A DNA stretch of 58,336 bases from an uncultured Myxococcales bacterium (GTDB lineage Bacteria > Myxococcota_A > Polyangia > Fen-1088), in contig CALAOV010000140.1 of NCBI GenBank assembly GCA_937889515.1, forward strand, positions 1-58,336. The letters run 5' to 3'. Every line of letters begins with the position of its first letter. Position 1 is the first letter of the stretch. Under the pieces are notes generated by a model. That model was not told where the DNA came from and made no database searches. It worked only from the letters and a program-made list of their open reading frames with translations. Shown here in pieces: positions 19,504-32,012 of the stretch. Both the position numbers and the translations under genes were made by a program.

Positions 19504-20148
19504 ATGGTTCATCCGTCGCCAAACGCCCATCTCCGCTTGGTCACGCCGCCCGTCGGCCAGCCCGACGACGCGGCGGACGTGGATCTGGCGCGGGCGCTCA
19601 TCGCCGGGGCGCCCCGCGCGCCCGAGCTGGCATGGGATCGGTACGCGCCGCTGGTCCACGGAATCGTCAGCCGCGCCCTCGGCCCCGACGCCGAGGTGGA
19701 GGACGTGACCCAGGAGATCTTCTACCGCTTGTTCTCGCGCATCCGGACCCTGCGCAAGCCCGAGGCGCTCCGAAGCTTCGTCGTCTCGTTCGCGGTCCGG
19801 ATCGTCAAGTGGGAGCTGCGCCGGCGGCGCGCGCGGCGCTGGCTGACCCTCTCCGAGACCGGCGAGGTTCCCGACAACCAGCTGCTGTTCATGAGCGTCG
19901 AGAACCGCTACGCCCTCCAGCGCCTCTACGGTCTGCTCAATAAGCTGAGCACGCGCGAGCGCCTGGTGCTGGTGCTGCGGCACGTGGAGGGGATGACGCT
20001 GGAGGAGATCTCCGAAGCAATGGAGATCTCGCTGGCCACGGTCAAACGGGCCCTGCGTCGGGCGTCGACACGCCTGTCGGAGCTGGTCGACGCCGACGTC
20101 AAGTTGCCGCGGGCGCTCGACAAGAGCGCGCGGAGGCGGGGGACGTGA
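19504..20148 (+). CDS. ECF RNA polymerase sigma-70 factor
   Basis: Region 2 EVEDVTQEIF; region 4 LVLRHVEGMTLEEISEAMEISLATVKRALRRA. Confidence 0.93.
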   Translation: MVHPSPNAHLRLVTPPVGQPDDAADVDLARALIAGAPRAPELAWDRYAPLVHGIVSRALGPDAEVEDVTQEIFYRLFSRIRTLRKPEALRSFVVSFAVRIVKWELRRRRARRWLTLSETGEVPDNQLLFMSVENRYALQRLYGLLNKLSTRERLVLVLRHVEGMTLEEISEAMEISLATVKRALRRASTRLSELVDADVKLPRALDKSARRRGT

Positions 20149-21491
20149 GAGACGTGCGGAACGACGGCAGCGGTGTCGGTCGGGACTCCGGCCAGCTCGG
20201 CGACGGCGACGGCGAGCTCGGCAAACTTGGATCGAATGCCACGGCGCTGGTCGAGCTGGCGCGCAAGAGCCTCGGCCAGATGACGCCCTCGGAGCAGTCG
20301 CGGGGTCTAGATACCCTGCGCGCGCGCCTGGCGTTCGGCCGCTGGCGGACCGGCCGACCGCTCGCGTACGTGCTTCTGGGCGCCGCCGCCGCGACGGCTG
20401 TGGTCGCCGTCGTATCGCGGGCGCGGATCCGCGAGGAAGCCGGACCACCCCTGGCCTTCGGGGTCGAGGGGGGCGCGCTGGGACCGGGCGGCGTGATCGA
20501 AGCGCGCGGAGACGCGGAGCCGGCCGTGCGCTTCGTCGACGGCACCGTCATCACGCTGGCGCGCGGGACCAAGGGACGGGTCGACGCCGTCGATGGACGC
20601 GGCGCGCACCTGTCGATCTCGGACGGAACCGCGGCGGTCAACGTCGTTCCGAAACCACACGCGCGCTGGCGGATCGATGCCGGCCCGTTCGTTATCAACG
20701 TTCACGGAACGGTGTTCACGGCGGCCTGGAACGCCGCGAGCGGCCGGCTGGACGTGCGGCTCGAGCGCGGCCTGGTATCCGTGGAGGGCCCCATGGCCGG
20801 CGGACCGATCGCGATCCACGCCGGCCAGCGGCTCACGGTGGTGCCCCGGCAGTCCCGCGTGGTCCTGCGCGGGCTCGACGATCGGGACGACGACGCCGTG
20901 GCCGTCGAAACACCGCCAGCGCCCACCGAGCGACCGGCGCCGACGCCCGCGCCGGCCCCCGTCGCGCCGGCACGGTCGGGCGTCCGGCCGACCCGCAGCG
21001 GCCGGATATCGACAGCGGCATCGTCGCCTGCGACCTGGAGCGCCGCGCTGGCCGCCGGTGAATTCGCCGCTATCGTCGACGACGCCGAGCGCGACCTGCC
21101 CCGCGCGCTCGCCTCGTCGAGCTCGAACGATCTCGCCGCGCTCTCGGACGCGGCCCGCTACCGGCGCCGCGACGATCTGGCGCGGCAAGCCCTCACCGCG
21201 CAGCGGCGGCGGTTCCCGGATTCGCCCCGCGCGGCCGATGCCGCGTTCTTCCTGGGCCGCCTCGACGAAAACGACGGGGGTGGCCTGGTTCACGCGTTGC
21301 GCTGGTACGACCGCTACCTCGACGAGGCCCCGAACGGCTCGTACGCCGCCGAGGCGCTGGGCCGCAAGATGGTCGCCCTTCGCGAGCTCTACGGCGGGGC
21401 GGCGGCCCGCGGCGTGGCCGACGAGTACGTTCGCCGCTTTCCGCGCGGCAGCTACGCCGGAGCCGCGAGCGCGCTGCGCGGCGAGCGGTGA
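20145..21491 (+). CDS. FecR-domain anti-sigma-like membrane protein with C-terminal TPR
   Basis: TM helix; FecR motifs RFVDGTVITL, AGPFVINVHGTVF, VRLERGLVSV; TPR RRRFPDS..AADAAFFLGRL; GTGA overlap with the sigma gene. Confidence 0.85.
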   Translation: MRDVRNDGSGVGRDSGQLGDGDGELGKLGSNATALVELARKSLGQMTPSEQSRGLDTLRARLAFGRWRTGRPLAYVLLGAAAATAVVAVVSRARIREEAGPPLAFGVEGGALGPGGVIEARGDAEPAVRFVDGTVITLARGTKGRVDAVDGRGAHLSISDGTAAVNVVPKPHARWRIDAGPFVINVHGTVFTAAWNAASGRLDVRLERGLVSVEGPMAGGPIAIHAGQRLTVVPRQSRVVLRGLDDRDDDAVAVETPPAPTERPAPTPAPAPVAPARSGVRPTRSGRISTAASSPATWSAALAAGEFAAIVDDAERDLPRALASSSSNDLAALSDAARYRRRDDLARQALTAQRRRFPDSPRAADAAFFLGRLDENDGGGLVHALRWYDRYLDEAPNGSYAAEALGRKMVALRELYGGAAARGVADEYVRRFPRGSYAGAASALRGER

Positions 21492-22546
21492 CTTCGCGCA
21501 TCGGCCGCGGCCTGGCTTCGGCGGCCGCCGTGTGGGTCGCCTTGATCTTCGCCACCGATCTCGCGCGGGCCACCGCGCTGCCCAAGGTGATCTTGGTTCG
21601 CCCCCCGGCCGCACCGCCCTCGGTGACGGAAGCCTTGGTCCGCCTGCGCGGAGAGCTCATCGCAGCGGGGTTCGACGCCGAGGTGATCGAGCTTTCGCTG
21701 GGGGCCGACGTGCGGGCATCGCTCGAGCGCGCGTCGCCCGCCTCGACCGCCACGGCGACCGCGCTGGTGGCCGTCATCGCCAGCGCCGATCCCGGTAGCG
21801 CCGAGCTGTGGGTCATCGATCGGGTCACCGGCAAGACCGTGGTCAGGCGGGTGAACGCCGGGGCTGCCGACGCCTCCCGCATGGCCGAGGTGCTGTCGGT
21901 GCGGGCGGTCGAGCTGCTGCGCGCCAGCTTCCTCGAGCTGGCCATCGCGACCCGTCCGAGCGCCGAGGCCCCCGCGCCCACCGCACCCGCCGTCGAGCGC
22001 TGGGCCATCCAGACGCTGGAAGAGCCCGATTGGACCTGGGCCGTCGAGGCGGGCGGCGGAACCGCCGACGCGATCGGAGGGGTGTGGAACGCGATCCTCT
22101 CGGTCGCCCGGCTGGAGCACGCGTTCGGAAGACGGTTGTGCGCGCGGGTCACCTTCGAGGGCATCGGGACCGACGCGCGGGTCGACACGCCGAACGGATA
22201 CGCCGATGTATCGCAGACTGTCCTGCTGGCCGAAGCCTTGGTTCGATTCCGACGCGGCCGTCGAATCGAACCGCTGATCACATTGGGCGCCGGCACGCTC
22301 CGGCTCGCGGCCGACGGGCACGAGGCGGCGCCTTACCAGGGGGAGAGCGGCGTGCGCTGGGCGGCCGCGGGGGACGTCGGCGTCGGCGTGCGGCTTCCGC
22401 TGCTCCGCCGGCGTTTCGAGATCGGGATCGAGGCGCACGCGCTGCTGGCCCAGCCCTATCCCACGGTCCGGTTCTTCGATACCGAGGTGACGCACGCCGG
22501 CCGGCCCTCCCTCATCGGCAGCGTTACACTGCTGGGGGGGATCTGA
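21488..22546 (+). CDS. Hypothetical secreted protein with C-terminal beta-barrel-like region
   Basis: Signal peptide; AVRAVELLRAS motif; alternating beta-strand pattern in the C-terminal half; coupled in the ECF operon. Confidence 0.7.
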   Translation: MTSRIGRGLASAAAVWVALIFATDLARATALPKVILVRPPAAPPSVTEALVRLRGELIAAGFDAEVIELSLGADVRASLERASPASTATATALVAVIASADPGSAELWVIDRVTGKTVVRRVNAGAADASRMAEVLSVRAVELLRASFLELAIATRPSAEAPAPTAPAVERWAIQTLEEPDWTWAVEAGGGTADAIGGVWNAILSVARLEHAFGRRLCARVTFEGIGTDARVDTPNGYADVSQTVLLAEALVRFRRGRRIEPLITLGAGTLRLAADGHEAAPYQGESGVRWAAAGDVGVGVRLPLLRRRFEIGIEAHALLAQPYPTVRFFDTEVTHAGRPSLIGSVTLLGGI

Positions 22547-22547
22547 G

Positions 22548-23330
22548 ATGACGGCGCCGGCGCAGCGAATCTGGTGGGCCACCGCCGCCCTCGCGACCGG
22601 TCTGGCCTTCGGCTGCACGGCCGGGCCGATCGACGTCGCCACCCTGTCGTCGGGCGGGTTGACCTCTGGGCTGGTCGGACACTGGACGTTCGACGAGGAC
22701 GCTGGATTTACGGCCAACGACAGCTCCGGCAACGGACGCACCGGAACGATCGCCGGCCCCGGCTGGAGCTGGATTCCTGGACGATTCGGCTCGGCGTTGC
22801 ACTTCGCCGGCACGGATCAGGTCACCGTTCCCGGGCTGCCGCAGGCGACCGAGAGCTACAGCGTGGCGGCCTGGACCTACTTCGCGTCGAACGAGGTGGT
22901 TGGACCCACCTCGATCGCCAACGTCCTCAACACCGAGATCCCGGGCGGCGGCTGGGCGCTGTACGCGACGCTCTATCCCTCCGGCTATACCGGCTACGCG
23001 TTCCGCTACTGGGTGGGCCCACCGCAGGAGTACGAGATGAGCCCGCCGACCCCCTGCAACTGCCTGGTCCTCGACGCCTGGGTGCATCTGGCGGCGGTCC
23101 TCGACGCGACGTCGTCCTCGTTGAGCCTCTACGTCAACGGCGTCCTCGAACGTACGGTACCAACCACCGTCGGAATTTCGTCCGGGGCAGGCACCCTCGA
23201 CATCGCGCGCGCGCAGGCCCCGGGATTTCTGCTGACCGGCGCCATCGATGACGTCGCGATCTACGATCGGGCGCTGGTTTCCGAGGAGGTCGCGCAGCTG
23301 GTCCAGGCGCCGGCACCCGACCCCCAGTGA
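22548..23330 (+). CDS. LamG/concanavalin A-like jellyroll lipoprotein
   Basis: Lipobox AFGC, LVGHWTFDE, DSSGNG, WVHLAAV, LYVNG, GAIDDVAIYDRAL. Confidence 0.9.
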   Translation: MTAPAQRIWWATAALATGLAFGCTAGPIDVATLSSGGLTSGLVGHWTFDEDAGFTANDSSGNGRTGTIAGPGWSWIPGRFGSALHFAGTDQVTVPGLPQATESYSVAAWTYFASNEVVGPTSIANVLNTEIPGGGWALYATLYPSGYTGYAFRYWVGPPQEYEMSPPTPCNCLVLDAWVHLAAVLDATSSSLSLYVNGVLERTVPTTVGISSGAGTLDIARAQAPGFLLTGAIDDVAIYDRALVSEEVAQLVQAPAPDPQ

Positions 23331-23366
23331 GCTCCCCGAGCCGCCGCGACGGGTCGGCCTCCCCGG

Positions 23367-24971
23367 CTACCCGCCGGACAGAGCCGCGAATCCCGAGAAA
23401 AACTGGCGGAGCTTTTCTTTGCGCGCGTCCGGCAGGTAGTCGAAGTTGGTACCGCGATCGACCACCTCCCAGAAATCTTTGGAGGTGATGGCCAGCATCT
23501 CGTCGCGAATCGAGCGCAGCCGTTCCGCCGATTCGTTGGCCATGTCGTCGAAGATGGCCAGCGCGCGTGCGGCTTCGCCGCTGCCGAGGTAGTACGAAGC
23601 CAGCTTGGCCTGCGCCTTGCGGACCCCTCGCAGCGCCCGTTCCTCGGCCTGATTTTCGGGCTCCTTGTCGATCTCGAGAAAGAGGGCCAACAGCCGGTCG
23701 TGGCAAGCGGCGCGGCGTGCGCTCGCCAGCTCGCACAGCGCGCAGAGATCGTAGGCCACGGTCTCGGTGACGAAACCCATTCCGCTGCCGTGGGCCAGCC
23801 GCGCGTAGTATTTGAAGTGGCCAGCGATCTCGACCACCGTGGCCTGCGTCCATCCGTCGGCTTCCGCCGGCGCCGCCAGCAGCGCTTCCGCCAGCTGCCG
23901 ATATTGGTTGAGCACGTTGTACGCCGTCCGCACGTCGCGGGCGTTGAGCGCCGCGCGCAGGTAGGTGTTCATGAACTTCACGGTCAGCGAAAAGACCTCG
24001 CGGTTGGAGGAAGCCAGCGCGGCCTCCCCGACGTAGCGGGTGTCAATGGCCACCACGTGCGCCATCTCGGGCATGCTGGTCAGCGCGGCGCCGAACACCT
24101 CGCGGATCTGGCGCAGCCCCTTCCATTCCAGCCAGGTGTGGTTGCGCCCCAGATCTTCGAGCGAGTCCGACGCCAGCGCGACGAAGTCCGGATCGGCCCG
24201 CAGCGGGGCGCCGATCAAGAACCACTCCGGCTCGAGCGCTGCCTTGCGATCCTGATAGTCGACCAGCAGCCGACGCAGCGCCGCCGACGCGTCGGAGGCG
24301 ATCACCTTGTCCTTCTGCCCGAGCGCGTTCACGGCGATGTCGGCCAGATGCGCCAGGCCGCTCACCGCCTGGGCCTGGCGTTCCGTGAAGGTGCCGGCCG
24401 TCTTCTTGGCGTCGCGGGCCGTGGCGCGTTCCAGCGTCTGCACCCCGATGCGCGCGATGACCTTCTCGGGATCGAGGAAGTCGAACACGTAGGCGAAGTA
24501 GGGCACCAAGATCAGCAGGCTCCCCGACGACATGAGCACGGTTGCCGTGATCGTTGCCTGGGGCACGTAGTCGCCGCGGACAACGAAGCTCACCCAGACC
24601 GACTCGACGCAGGCGATGACGAAAAAGCCCATCACGCCCAGGTTGATCTTGTCGCGGAAGAACAGGTCGGCGACGCGGGAGGTATAGCGGGTCGCCGCGA
24701 GCTGGACGACGATCGAGACCACGGTGATGGCGATCCCGAGGACCGCCGCGATGACCTGCGACAAGCTGCCCAGCGCGTTCTGCATGGTGAACGCGTCGAA
24801 GTCGAAGATCTGCCGGAAGGGGCCTTCCTTGTGGTGGGCCGAGGCCGCGTCGATCAGGAAATAGTCGAGCAGCCAGAACGCCGCGAACACGCAGACGGCC
24901 AGCGCGGTCAGGGCCGCGAGCGTGAGGAGCGACCGGCGGCGCTGGCGCTGGCGCGGGGCGTGGGGCGGCAT
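23367..24971 (-). CDS. DUF2254-family membrane protein
   Basis: AITVVSIVVQLAATRYTSRV, four to five TMs, LADIAVNAL; start ATG 24971 inferred. Confidence 0.75.
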   Translation of the reverse strand: MPPHAPRQRQRRRSLLTLAALTALAVCVFAAFWLLDYFLIDAASAHHKEGPFRQIFDFDAFTMQNALGSLSQVIAAVLGIAITVVSIVVQLAATRYTSRVADLFFRDKINLGVMGFFVIACVESVWVSFVVRGDYVPQATITATVLMSSGSLLILVPYFAYVFDFLDPEKVIARIGVQTLERATARDAKKTAGTFTERQAQAVSGLAHLADIAVNALGQKDKVIASDASAALRRLLVDYQDRKAALEPEWFLIGAPLRADPDFVALASDSLEDLGRNHTWLEWKGLRQIREVFGAALTSMPEMAHVVAIDTRYVGEAALASSNREVFSLTVKFMNTYLRAALNARDVRTAYNVLNQYRQLAEALLAAPAEADGWTQATVVEIAGHFKYYARLAHGSGMGFVTETVAYDLCALCELASARRAACHDRLLALFLEIDKEPENQAEERALRGVRKAQAKLASYYLGSGEAARALAIFDDMANESAERLRSIRDEMLAITSKDFWEVVDRGTNFDYLPDARKEKLRQFFSGFAALSGG

Positions 24972-24996
24972 GGGCCGGCATGTTACCCTAGAGCCC

Positions 24997-25814
<818 letters not shown>

Positions 25815-25818
<4 letters not shown>

Positions 25819-26927
25819 CGGCGGTGGTGCAACGCGGATCGCTTCTCGGGCTCCCGGGACGGATCGGCCAGCTCTGTACGGCGCCGCGCGCGGCGATGGC
25901 GCGCATCGAGGCGCAGGGCGGCGGCCTCCGCGACGCCCTGTGGCTGGTGTTGTTCGGGGTGATCGCGTTTCGTCTCCCGGAGCTCATCCGCACGCTGCTG
26001 GCGATCGGCGGTCCGACCTCGGGTGCGGCCATGCGGCTGCTCGGTCTCTTCTCGGACGAAGCCCGCGAAGCGGCCTGGGTGGTGCTTCCGGCGGCGGTGA
26101 TCGTGACGGCGCTGGCCGGCGCGAGGCGGGACGCGACCCGCGATCTCGATCTGGGCGCCGCGTGCTACGCCCCCTATTTCGCGCTGCGCGGGCTCGGACA
26201 GGCGCTGACGGGCTTGGCCGGTGCGCGGATTCTGTCCGACAACGTCCTCGAGGCGATCGCCGGTGCCGGCGCGGCGCTGGTGCTCATCGCCGCGGTTCGC
26301 ACCGCGCGCAGCCGGCCGCCCGCGGGCGCGCCGGCCTCGGACGGGTCTCTGCCTTCGCCGGAGGCGGCGCCGGAGCCGGATACCCGCGCGCGCTTCGTGG
26401 GCGCCGGGGTCGTCGCGCTCGGCCTCATCGCCCTGGCGTCCGCGGCGGTTTGGTCGGCCCGGCACCTCGACGCGCTCCGCCCGATGCAGCGGGGCGAAGC
26501 CGCCCCCGAATTCGCGCTGCCCCGCATCGATGGCACGCCGGGAACTGTCGCGATGGGCGCGCTCCGCGGACAGGTGGTGGTGCTCGACTTCTGGGCAACC
26601 TGGTGCCCGCCCTGCATCGCAATGTTGCCCGTGCTCGATGCCACGCAGCAGACCTGGGCGCCGCGTGGGGTGGCGTTCCTCGGCATCAATTCGGACGGTG
26701 GTGGGGCGACGCTCGCCGAGATCCAGGCCTTCTTGGCCGCTCACCCGATCCGCTACCCGGTCGTCGCGGACGGGGGGTTGGTGGGCGGCCTCTACAAGGT
26801 CGAAGCGCTTCCGACCCTGGTCCTCGTGGGCCGCGATGGCCGCATCCGCAAAAGCTTCGTCGGATACACGAGTGAGCACGACCTCGACCGCGCGCTGCGC
26901 GAAGCCGCCGCCGAAGCTGCGCCCTAG
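25815..26927 (+). CDS. TlpA-family thiol-disulfide oxidoreductase fused to an N-terminal multi-TM domain
   Basis: LDFWATWCPPC, ALPT; about five hydrophobic helices before the thioredoxin domain. Confidence 0.85.
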
Positions 26928-27133
26928 ACTTCCGGGCGGCCGGCTTTTTCTTCGGTGAAGTAGGCGCTGCGGTGGCGCGCGTTCGGCAGGTGGCTGTCCC
27001 AGCAGGCGGCCGAGCAGAACACCAGCTTCACCCGGCCGGCGTTGCAGGTGCTGACGGAGCACTTGATGAGCTTGCCGCCCACGGCGATCGGCTTGCGACA
27101 CATCGAACAGACGAAGGTAGGGGCCGGCGACAT
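26924..27133 (-). CDS. Small Cys-rich zinc-finger-like protein
   Basis: CSMC...CSVSTC...FCSAACWDSH; TACGTT 8 nt upstream of ATG. Confidence 0.75.
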   Translation of the reverse strand: MSPAPTFVCSMCRKPIAVGGKLIKCSVSTCNAGRVKLVFCSAACWDSHLPNARHRSAYFTEEKAGRPEV

Positions 27134-27207
27134 GTGACGCTAACGTACCGGAAGCTGCGGCGGCGTTGCTATAAAATTAACCCCGCGTGCGTCTCCCTGG
27201 CTATGTG

Positions 27208-28257
27208 ATGGCGGAGCTGATCGTCGCCGGCGCCCTGACCGCCGGTGGCGGCGCCGGGGCCGTGTATGGCGTCCGCCACGTGCGCGCGACCTTGGCCGCC
27301 CATTCGATCGCGGCGGCGGTCGCCACCTCGGGACCCCTGCCGGCGCGCGCCGATCTCTCGAACCTGCCCGACCTGCGCGTCGCGCTCGAATCGGCGGGGA
27401 CCTTTCTGGGAATGTCCGACGAGCTCCTGCTGGAGCGGGTGCGGACTCAACCGATCGTTCGGTTCAAGTTCAATCACGGCGGCTCCTCGATCTCGTTCCG
27501 GGTCGAGTTCGCAGATGGCTCGCGCGCCGCCTGGAAACCCACGCAGACCAACACCCAGACGATTCCGCGCAAGGAGATCGCCGCCTATCGGCTGAACCGC
27601 CTGCTGGGCCTCAACGCCGTGCCTCCGGCCGCGCCGCGCGCCGTGTCGCGGGACGAGCTCCTCGGCCACCTCCACCCGGAGAGTCTAGAAGCCCTGCCGC
27701 GAATCAAGGCAGAAACCATCTTCGGCCCGGACGGGCAGACCCTGGGCACGGCGTCGTACTGGATCCCGATCATCAAGGACTCCGGCTTCGACAAACCCGA
27801 GGGGCAGAAGCAGGTGCAGGCCTGGCTGTCACAAGGCGAACCCATCCCCCCGGAGCAGACATCGATGGCGCGGCAGGTCTCCGACCTGATCGTCTTCGAC
27901 TTCCTGACCTCCAATCCGGATCGTTACTCGGGCGGGAACATGAAGATGTCGCCCGACGGCACGCAGCTCTTCTACATGGACAACACCATGTCGTTCTTCG
28001 TCGATCCCGAAGGACCGGCCAAGAACCGCGAGGTGCTGTTCAGGACCCAGCGCTTCTCACGCACCCTCTACGAAGCACTCGATCGGGTCACCGCGCCGAC
28101 GCTGGAGCGGGCGCTGGCGCAGGAGGCCGGTGCGCCCTACGAGATCCTCACGCCCGCCGAGATCGCCGGGGTGGTGGGACGCCGGGTGGTCATCCATCAG
28201 TACATCGACGCGCTCATCGCGCAGTACGGCGCCCGCAACGTGTTGATTTTCCCCTAA
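27208..28257 (+). CDS. Membrane-anchored atypical kinase, Fam20C/four-jointed-like
   Basis: N-terminal TM; AAWKP, RKEIAAYRLNRLLGLNAVPP, FDFLTSNPDR, FYMDN. Confidence 0.75.
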   Translation: MAELIVAGALTAGGGAGAVYGVRHVRATLAAHSIAAAVATSGPLPARADLSNLPDLRVALESAGTFLGMSDELLLERVRTQPIVRFKFNHGGSSISFRVEFADGSRAAWKPTQTNTQTIPRKEIAAYRLNRLLGLNAVPPAAPRAVSRDELLGHLHPESLEALPRIKAETIFGPDGQTLGTASYWIPIIKDSGFDKPEGQKQVQAWLSQGEPIPPEQTSMARQVSDLIVFDFLTSNPDRYSGGNMKMSPDGTQLFYMDNTMSFFVDPEGPAKNREVLFRTQRFSRTLYEALDRVTAPTLERALAQEAGAPYEILTPAEIAGVVGRRVVIHQYIDALIAQYGARNVLIFP

Positions 28258-28353
28258 AACTTGCCTGATTCACCGGGGTTTCGGCGCGGCGGCCCGATGG
28301 GGCCGCGGGCGCATGCTAGTCTGGCGCGTTTTCCGGAGCAGAAGCGCCAGTCC

Positions 28354-29700
28354 ATGAACGTGCATTTCGTATCCCTCGGTTGTCCCAAGAACCGCGTCGA
28401 CACCGAGGTGATGCTTGGCCACACGGAAGAGGCGGGCCACCGGTTGGTCACCGCCCCCGAGACGGCCGAGGTCATCGTCGTCAACACCTGCGGCTTCATC
28501 GGCGAGGCCAAGCAAGAATCCATCGACGCGATCCTGGAGATGGCCCGCCACAAACAGGCCGGCACCTGCAAGCGCCTGGTCGTCGCGGGGTGCCTGTCGC
28601 AGCGTTACCCCAAGGAGCTGGCCGCCGAGATGCCCGAGGTCGATCAGTTCCTCGGCACGGACGAGGTGGGCGCGATCGCCAAGGCGATCTCCGGCACCAT
28701 CGAGCGCCTCAGCGTGGTCGACACGCCCGCCTATCTCTACGACGACGCGGCGCCGCGCCGGCGGTCGCAGGCCCCACACAGCGCCTACGTCAAGATCGCC
28801 GAGGGCTGCGATCGCCCCTGCGCCTTCTGCATCATTCCGAAGCTGCGCGGACCGCAGCGCAGCCGCGCACCCGAGTCGGTCGTCCGCGAGGCACGCGATC
28901 TGGCGGCGGGCGGCACGCGGGAGATCTGCCTGGTCGCGCAGGATCTCACCACCTACGGCACCGATCTACCGGGTGCGGATTCGGCAAGCGCTCCCCGGCT
29001 GGCGACGCTGCTGCGCCAGCTCGCCGCGGTGGATCAGCTCGGCTGGATTCGCCTGCACTACGCCTACCCCACCGCCTGCACCGACGAGCTGCTCGACGTG
29101 ATCGGTGGCGAGCCGCGGGTCGCCAAGTATCTCGACGTCCCGATCCAGCATGTCGACAGCGGCGTCCTCAAGGCGATGCGCCGCGGGTACGGCGAGCGCC
29201 AGGTGCGCGACCTGGTGGCGCGCTTTCGACAGCGCGTCCCGAACGGCACCTTCCGGACCACCTTCATCGCGGGCCACCCCGGCGAGACCGAGGCGGCCTT
29301 CCAGAGCCTGTGCGACTTCGTGCGCGAGGCCGACCTCGATCATGTCGGCATCTTCAACTTTTCGCGCGAAGAGGGCACCGTCTCCGGCATGCTCCCCAAG
29401 CGGGTGCCGCAGAAGGAGATCGACGCCCGCCGACGGGAGCTGCTGCGAATTCAGCGCGAGGTCTCGAAGAAGAAGCTGCGCGCCATGCGCGATCGGACCT
29501 TGCGCGTTCTGGTCGAGGGTCAGTCCGACGAGTCCGAATATCTGTTGATGGGCCGCCACGAGGGCCAGGCGCCCGAGATCGACGGGCAGGTCTATCTCTC
29601 GCTGTCACCCGAGGCGGTGGCACCGGCCGCGGGAACCTTCGTCGACGCGCGGGTCACGCATTCGGCCGAGTACGATCTGGCCGCCGAAATCGTCAACTAG
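28354..29700 (+). CDS. rimO: Ribosomal protein S12 methylthiotransferase
   Basis: SLGCPKN, NTCGFI, KIAEGCDRPCAFCIIP, WIRLHYAYP, APEIDG TRAM domain. Confidence 0.95.
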   Translation: MNVHFVSLGCPKNRVDTEVMLGHTEEAGHRLVTAPETAEVIVVNTCGFIGEAKQESIDAILEMARHKQAGTCKRLVVAGCLSQRYPKELAAEMPEVDQFLGTDEVGAIAKAISGTIERLSVVDTPAYLYDDAAPRRRSQAPHSAYVKIAEGCDRPCAFCIIPKLRGPQRSRAPESVVREARDLAAGGTREICLVAQDLTTYGTDLPGADSASAPRLATLLRQLAAVDQLGWIRLHYAYPTACTDELLDVIGGEPRVAKYLDVPIQHVDSGVLKAMRRGYGERQVRDLVARFRQRVPNGTFRTTFIAGHPGETEAAFQSLCDFVREADLDHVGIFNFSREEGTVSGMLPKRVPQKEIDARRRELLRIQREVSKKKLRAMRDRTLRVLVEGQSDESEYLLMGRHEGQAPEIDGQVYLSLSPEAVAPAAGTFVDARVTHSAEYDLAAEIVN

Positions 29701-29720
29701 GCAACGGGGATCGACGGCGC

Positions 29721-30113
29721 ATGGACGCGGCGGCGCGCGAGCGCTATCGGAAACGCCTCGCCGAGCTCAAGGCCGAGATGTTGAGCGAGGGCGACATCGA
29801 GATCGAGCCCGGTCGGCAGGATGCGACCGCCATCGCCGTCGACGACGACGCCCAGCCGCTGGTCGAAATGTCCCAGGCCATCGCGTCGAGCCGCAACCGC
29901 AACCGCGCCCAGGTTCTCGCCCGGGTGGTCGCCGCCCTGGCTCGCCTGTCCGATTCCGACGACGCCTTCGGCCTCTGCGTCGAGTGCGAAGAGCCGATCG
30001 CCGCCAAGCGCCTCGACCTGATGCCCTACGTCGAGCTGTGCGTCGAGTGCCAGCAGACCAAGGACGGCCCCAAGTCCCCCACCGGCCGCCGCCACCTGCG
30101 CGACTTCAAATAG
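29721..30113 (+). CDS. TraR/DksA C4-type zinc-finger protein
   Basis: ALARL...FGLCVECEEPIAAKRLDLMPYVELCVECQ. Confidence 0.88.
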   Translation: MDAAARERYRKRLAELKAEMLSEGDIEIEPGRQDATAIAVDDDAQPLVEMSQAIASSRNRNRAQVLARVVAALARLSDSDDAFGLCVECEEPIAAKRLDLMPYVELCVECQQTKDGPKSPTGRRHLRDFK

Positions 30114-30119
30114 CCGACC

Positions 30120-30155
30120 AAAAAAAAACGGGAGAGGCCTCAGGGACCTCTCCCG
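30120..30155 (-). terminator. Intrinsic terminator of groEL (possibly bidirectional)
   Basis: CGGGAGAGG/CCTCTCCCG stem, with a 9-A run at 30120-30128 giving a U-tract on the minus strand. Confidence 0.85.
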
Positions 30156-30178
30156 ATTTCCATCCTGCTAGCTAAGCC

Positions 30179-31882
<1,704 letters not shown>

Positions 31883-32012
31883 TTAGAAACTTCGTAACTC
31901 AAGCCCCCGCGCTCAAATCGCTGCGGGTCCCCGAGTCGATCGCGTCGGGTACCGGCGGGCGTTGCCCGACGGGACCCATCGCGGGAGGGCCAGGGAACCC
32001 TCCCAGGGTTCC

